64,000 nt of DNA, taken from the IMG/VR virus record IMGVR_UViG_3300025133_000032. One strand, written 5' to 3'. The notes below the pieces were generated by a model. That model saw only the letters and a program-made list of their open reading frames with translations. It had not been told where the DNA came from and ran no database searches. The DNA is from a virus. The translations under genes were made by a program, and so were the position numbers. Below, one piece after another: positions 58,786-64,000 of this stretch (positions within the stretch are counted from its first letter, which is position 1; every line of letters begins with the position of its first letter).

Positions 58786-60021
58786 CTAGAAATTAATATC
58801 GTCAATCTTTGTTATTAGTCTCTTACTTATCACGGTTTCTCCCTTTCTTTGGTTCCGTGAAAGTACTTTTAAGTGTCTTGTAGTATCTTTCCCTGAGAAT
58901 GGATCCTTCACAATGTCTAACACTTTTAAAGTGTCAATACGCTCTGATTCTACTCGATTGCCTCTTTTATCAAGCTTATCAACATCACTCAGTATAAATT
59001 TGTCAACGTTACCAGTACCCACGGGTGATTCTGCCTGGATAGAAGCAGGGACTGTACCTTCATGTAATCCAAATGATAGCTGCGGCGCAGATAAAAATCG
59101 CCTAAATGGGATTCCTGAGCCTTTTCTTTCGATTGCATGAAAATATGCCGGAACTTTCATTGTAAATTTATACTTCACAAATCTTTCGTCACCAGTATAT
59201 TCTGTGAAATTGTCTTCTGACGAAAAATCATCATCGACATACCCGACGAACCAGTACCCTTTATCTGTGTCTAATCTAAACTGGTTTCCCTGCGCATCAT
59301 ATGATGTCATAAATCTTTCTATTAAAGAATTCATGTGCTGGACGTACTGTGTCCAAAATGTTATTTCATACAATGCAGTATAGAAATGCGGGAAAGGCAT
59401 AGTAATGATTTCAACAATGTTTTTAGAAATATCAGGTGCTAACATTTCGCCAGTAATTGTATTGAATGTTTTTTGCTGGTGCCGCCTGCTGGCAACAGTA
59501 CCTTGGTTAGAGCCTTGGGGCGCACCATCAGAAATACGATTATTTACTGTCGCTACGTTATCTTGATTTTCTAATTGTAGCTTATTCAAAAGATTTTGAA
59601 ATTTTGGATCTTTCTTAGATAGTCTTTTTTTAATGACTATCTCGCCTGTATCTTGGCCCATACCCCTCCCGGGGATAGTACCATGCTCTGATTGTTCTAT
59701 AGATGTTCTTCTTATAGAAACAAGTGGCAGAATAAATGCACCACTATTATCTTTCGGTGGCTTTCCCCGTTTTATAATAGCGAATCTTTCACCACCAGCA
59801 AAGATAGTGTCTACAGGAACCGTTTGTTGCCCAGCGGACACCTCAAGCTTCAGCTTCTTATTAAATAATGTGAACATAGCTCGATCGACATCTGCTAAGT
59901 CAGCACCCGGGATATGAAAATCTGTAGGGATATTAGTACCCTTAACACCATCAGGTAGTTTCCCTTCATCATCAATTCTATCATGGATCGAGAATGTACG
60001 AGCTGTTTTATCGTCTGTCAT
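58786..60021 (-). CDS. Tail completion/terminator-like protein
   Basis: Position between neck and sheath; GER.A, LP..SIRR, YEI.FW. Confidence 0.55.
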   Translation of the reverse strand: MTDDKTARTFSIHDRIDDEGKLPDGVKGTNIPTDFHIPGADLADVDRAMFTLFNKKLKLEVSAGQQTVPVDTIFAGGERFAIIKRGKPPKDNSGAFILPLVSIRRTSIEQSEHGTIPGRGMGQDTGEIVIKKRLSKKDPKFQNLLNKLQLENQDNVATVNNRISDGAPQGSNQGTVASRRHQQKTFNTITGEMLAPDISKNIVEIITMPFPHFYTALYEITFWTQYVQHMNSLIERFMTSYDAQGNQFRLDTDKGYWFVGYVDDDFSSEDNFTEYTGDERFVKYKFTMKVPAYFHAIERKGSGIPFRRFLSAPQLSFGLHEGTVPASIQAESPVGTGNVDKFILSDVDKLDKRGNRVESERIDTLKVLDIVKDPFSGKDTTRHLKVLSRNQRKGETVISKRLITKIDDINF

Positions 60022-60033
60022 CTGTATACCTCA

Positions 60034-60708
60034 TTAGCTCTCATCATCATAAAATCCAGAACTTGTTTTACGCCCCTGTGAACCCTTTGGTGAAACCTCT
60101 TTTGGCCTAGAGATAGGACGTTCAAGCACACCTTTCTTTTGAAGGTCTCTAACATCGCCTGTTTCGCCTATCCTTATGTCTGTAGGGAAACCTCTCTGTT
60201 GTACAAACGTTTCTTGTACTGCATCAGGATCGGAGTATGCCTCGCTTGTAGGACCGAACAGCTTAGAAACAAACTGTGTCTTTCTTGCTTGCTTGCCGAA
60301 TATATGCCAACCGACTGTGTGTTCAATTTCGCCATATACATTATTAGTCGTAACATACTTTGTTATTTCAAAAAATACATCACCAAAACTGAAGAAATCG
60401 CCCTCGGATAGCTCGATCTGTTTATCTAGAAGATCACGTCCATGAACCCAAACTTCAATGTCAAACATAGTCTCAGATCCAAACTCACTTGTTTTGACGA
60501 CTTCAGATTGATATTCAACCATCGCATCAAGAGCTATTGGTGTATCAAATATTTTTTCTGGAGACTCCATGTATATATCATGGACTTTCGTCTTAAGTTC
60601 ATTAATAGAGAAATAATAAATCTTTTGGCCAATGACATCTTTAATTATTTCTTTAGTAATATCACTAATGAAATCAACTTCTCTTGGAGTTATAAACAAG
60701 CGTGCCAT
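60034..60708 (-). CDS. Neck/head-closure protein (gp14-like)
   Basis: IGQKI.Y, HD.Y.E...K.F, EGDFF.FG..FFEI. Confidence 0.65.
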   Translation of the reverse strand: MARLFITPREVDFISDITKEIIKDVIGQKIYYFSINELKTKVHDIYMESPEKIFDTPIALDAMVEYQSEVVKTSEFGSETMFDIEVWVHGRDLLDKQIELSEGDFFSFGDVFFEITKYVTTNNVYGEIEHTVGWHIFGKQARKTQFVSKLFGPTSEAYSDPDAVQETFVQQRGFPTDIRIGETGDVRDLQKKGVLERPISRPKEVSPKGSQGRKTSSGFYDDES

Positions 60709-60753
60709 CGTTAGTAATAGATATGACAGCCAACAGCAGATTATAGTTTATGG

Positions 60754-62492
60754 TTATAGCAAATTTTCGCTTGTGACCATAAAATTCTTTTCTAAATTAT
60801 ATTTTGCCCATCCTCTAATCATTGCATGCTTATCATTTGCAAGAGCTGCCACAATCTCTTTGGGTGTGTGTCTATTAAATGCCACAGAAATTCTTACGTT
60901 AACTGATCTATCTTTTGCAAGAGCAGCAAAATATCCAGGCTCCAGGGATTTACTTTTAGCTATCTCTGACCTTACTGCTGCTGCCCTGTCCTTCATTAGA
61001 ACTTTTAAAGTTTTAAGAGAGATGCTATTATTCGATGCCAAAGCAATTCTTACTTCTTTAGATTTGTCATTTACAAGAAGGTCTAAAATATGAGGTGCTA
61101 TACTCGGGCTACCCGCGACACTCTGTCTTACTTTTGTACTTTCGTCATTCATCAAAAGCTTCAAAGTTTCCTTCGGGGTATTAGGGTTACTTGGTAAGTA
61201 GCTCCTTACAACTTCACTTTCATCATCTACAAGAAGTTTTAAAGCTCCAGGTGGTGTATTGTCATTATTGCTTATTGCGCCCCTTACGCGCCAATCTTCA
61301 TCTTTTGCAAGGTTCATTAGGATTTTGGGTGATATCTTCTTACTACGAGCTACCATTCCCCTTATTTCTGCGTCTGTATCATTCATTAGGTTGCCTAAGG
61401 TCTCTGGTGAGGTATAGCGATTAAGTGCTACTGCAAATCTTACCTCTCTATCTTCATCTTTTGCAAGGCGCTCTAAAACTTCTGTATGTTTATTTTGCTT
61501 TATGGCTGCGGCCCTGCGGTCACTAGGATCAGCACTCTTTGACATTTTTATTGCTTGCACACTCGAGTATTCATTAATATATTCTTGAACATCATTAGAT
61601 AAGTGAAGAGCATGTCGGTGGCCAATCGCATTAAGTAAAGCGAAATATGCTGGTGGTCTAAGGCCATTAGTGAGCTTTTTAAACCTAGGAACCGACGAAA
61701 CAGCTCTTTTGACGTCTGCTAGCGCTGGATGTTCCCCTATTTTTCTTGAGTGACTTTCAATTGCAGTAAGAATACTTTTTTCCTCTACTTTAAAGACTTT
61801 CTTAAAATTAAATGTTCCGTTGTTCATATTAACAGTAATGCCGCCATATCCTGGGCCTTGAACTTTCCCCTGTATTGTTCCAATTGACCACTTTCTTTTC
61901 TTGTTGTTCTTGTCGAAAACATAATAAAGAATTATGTTACCTGCAAGAACATAACTATAGAATAAATTTTCGCCTTTAGTTATTGCAGTGCACCATGTTG
62001 TGCCGCGCCCAAGCGCGCACGAAGCATCCAAACTTCTTGGCATCAGAACAACAAAATTTTCTGATTCATAAACTTTGTCAGCATCGCCAGATGCTACTTC
62101 AAAGTTTATCTTAGAATCATCCGGAAGCTCTTCAAGCTTCCGGTGCAAGTCACCAGCTGTTTTGTAACCGTTGATGTCAGCATCTCTTCCTTTTAATTTT
62201 TGGCGACTCTTTGCAGAATCAAAAGAAATGACCAAGGGAGTAATGTCTCTTAAAGGTTCTTGATTTGAACGTGAAACACGTTCAAGCCATTGAAGGTATT
62301 GTTTTAGCTTAGCTTGAGGTAGAACTTGAAGTTTTTCGAAAACTTCATCCCATTCTTCTGGAGAGCGATTTGACTTTGCTTTAATGTCATCAATGCAGCT
62401 TCAGTTAGAAGCTGCGAAACGAAACTTCGAAGATTATTTTCTGCAAGCTGATTTGAGATAACTTTTCGAAGTTCTTTGACTTTGATTAGCAT
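60754..62492 (-). pseudogene. WCTA/LRV-repeat protein (family copy 3, about 9 repeats), 1-nt frameshift near 62395
   Basis: Leader ..SQLLTEA then -1 frame IDDIKAKSNRSPEEWDEVFEKLQVLPQAKLKQYL, continuous with 60754..62235. Confidence 0.8.
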
Positions 62493-62622
62493 ATAGTATT
62501 AAATATGTAGCCAAAATCATTTTGCACCAGATATCAATCAAGTTCTATAAATGTAGGATTTCCTGTGCCGACTGATTGAAATTGAATGCTTGACATTATT
62601 TGTCCTTCTTGAGTTTAACTGA

Positions 62623-63801
62623 TTATCCCATCCATATACTGCAACCATTAGGCATAGGAACAAGGCGTAATTGTCTCAAAAGGTTTTCTCCCTTTTCTGC
62701 TTCTCTTTCAATGATCTTATCATACGTAAGTTTTTCCATTGTTTCTTGAAGCTGCGTGCGCATTCTTTCTTGATCTTCGCGACCTTGGTCAAGTAATGAA
62801 TCACCATCAAGTGTAAGTTCTTGTCCAGGGATTGGAACAACTTGATATTTTCTTCTTACTCGTCCAAGAACTTCCTTACACAACGCAAGTGTGTATTGCC
62901 GAATCCACTGGTGAGCCCAGCCACTATTAATATTCTGGTATTGGATTCTACCAAATGGCATCTGTGATATATTCGAAACTGTGCCACTTATCGTTGCATC
63001 AGGTACATCAGGATTCAACGGGTCTGGTGTATTAAATACCCTAACCCACAACTTTTGTGTGCCACGACCGGTCAACTGGGGAGCAGGAAAGATCCTTAGA
63101 TTGGTGCCTATGACCTGATAACTATAATTTGATCTACGAACCCTTTGGGAGACGTCCATCTGGCCTGCACGTAAAATATCTTCGAAAACTGGAAGCACAT
63201 AAAAAATAGTCTCTGGTGTAAATGACTCAAACCCAAACTCATTGTTCAAATAGTTTACTGCTGATGTCGAGTCAAAGAACCTGAATGCAGCTGATGGGCT
63301 AAAGTGGAATATCTCGCCTATTCTCATCCTGGAGCCAGACGCGAAACCTGTCGCTAGGGGGACCTTGGTGTCATCATTCAGCAATTTTGTGTATAGATTA
63401 TAATCCTGCACACCAGGTTCTAATGCGATAGACCCAGATTCAGAATTGTATGCGCCACCGAGACCCGCATACATAGCGTAAGGCTCAGCTTGCCTCATTA
63501 AGAATTCGAGATTGTTTCTAGGATACTGTTGCTCTGATCCCGCTAGCGAGCCAGTCGTTAAACCAAGAAAGCTAGAAATCTGTGATATCGTCTGATATTG
63601 GTTTACCCAATATCCAAAATCTAGTAGCGACTGTTCAAAGCAAGCCCAAATTTGCTTCTTCGTGAGTTCAACACTAAGAATATCATCACCAAGAACACGC
63701 TTCGTAAATGTAACAATAGAGTCAGCTTCAGAAATAAAAGAAGCATCATTGTCAAAAAACCCAAAAGGTGTAGGGTTTAATGTTGTTGCAAATGTAGCCA
63801 C
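62623..63801 (-). CDS. Neck protein (gp13-like head-tail adaptor)
   Basis: LG...L.VELT..Q, WIRQY.LALCKE.LG.VR.KY..VPIPG....L.G. Confidence 0.75.
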   Translation of the reverse strand: MATFATTLNPTPFGFFDNDASFISEADSIVTFTKRVLGDDILSVELTKKQIWACFEQSLLDFGYWVNQYQTISQISSFLGLTTGSLAGSEQQYPRNNLEFLMRQAEPYAMYAGLGGAYNSESGSIALEPGVQDYNLYTKLLNDDTKVPLATGFASGSRMRIGEIFHFSPSAAFRFFDSTSAVNYLNNEFGFESFTPETIFYVLPVFEDILRAGQMDVSQRVRRSNYSYQVIGTNLRIFPAPQLTGRGTQKLWVRVFNTPDPLNPDVPDATISGTVSNISQMPFGRIQYQNINSGWAHQWIRQYTLALCKEVLGRVRRKYQVVPIPGQELTLDGDSLLDQGREDQERMRTQLQETMEKLTYDKIIEREAEKGENLLRQLRLVPMPNGCSIWMG

Positions 63802-63998
63802 TATTTACCTGCCTTCGCTTTATTTCTTCTATCATATAGTTCTCGTAGCGTTAACTCTTTCGCTGGAGCCGACGCAGGCTTAGAAACGATGGCTGCCTCT
63901 TGAACTCTTCTTGGTTTAATACTTTTTTCTGATTTCCCTATACCAATAAGCGATGCAGAGACTGCAGCTGGTTCGATAACCTTCGTTTGCGAAGTGAC
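63801..63998 (-). CDS. C-terminal part of a protein entering from the right edge
   Basis: Open frame ..PAKELTLRELYDRRNKAKAGK*, TAGTG overlap with neck gene. Confidence 0.55.
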   Translation of the reverse strand, partial: VTSQTKVIEPAAVSASLIGIGKSEKSIKPRRVQEAAIVSKPASAPAKELTLRELYDRRNKAKAGK

Positions 63999-64000
63999 AG

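Noticed and set aside
30600-60700. Many plus-strand ORFs antisense to structural genes
   Set aside because: Fully overlap well-supported minus-strand genes and have typical antisense composition.
1-64000. Stop-codon reassignment (TAG or TGA recoding)
   Set aside because: Conserved genes end properly at TAG (thyA, folA, nrdJ) and TGA (recA), and core ORFs are long in the standard code.
1-64000. tRNA, rRNA or group I intron
   Set aside because: No cloverleaf or intron core recognised by eye and intergenic gaps are short; tRNAscan/Infernal would be needed to exclude them.

Overview
A 64-kb segment of a large tailed dsDNA phage with a contractile tail (myovirus-like, probably a jumbo phage). 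Almost all genes are on the minus strand. The left half (1-28.3 kb) holds replication and nucleotide metabolism genes: a C-terminally truncated DnaE, a PolA-type polymerase domain, a DnaB-like helicase, a 5'-3' exonuclease, RecA, a gp32-like SSB, class II RNR, ThyA, DHFR, Tmk and two dUTPase-type enzymes. It also holds nucleotidyltransferase, ligase-like, HD and 2H enzymes. The right half holds tail and neck morphogenesis genes (baseplate, tape measure, chaperone with a slippery U7 site, tube, two tandem ~1000-aa sheaths, neck proteins), an NAD+ salvage pair (NAMPT + NMNAT-Nudix), a kinase-like ORF and a signal-peptide beta-helix protein. Main observations: (1) a dispersed paralog family built as leader + conserved WCTA domain + variable numbers of 26-aa LRV-like repeats, with a leader-only copy and a chimeric remnant that the ORF track misses; (2) a shared helical 'LR..I.E/LL.E' segment on late accessory proteins, suggesting a capsid-packaged effector set; (3) dnaE ending in a Hint/intein-like half-module next to a Vsr-like endonuclease, as in fractured genes; (4) two promoter classes placed 5-7 nt from start codons, implying widespread leaderless mRNAs; (5) a 15-bp hairpin that hides a start codon and has the late motif in its loop; (6) frameshifts confined to accessory genes. 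All product calls come from motif recognition by eye; no database search was run.
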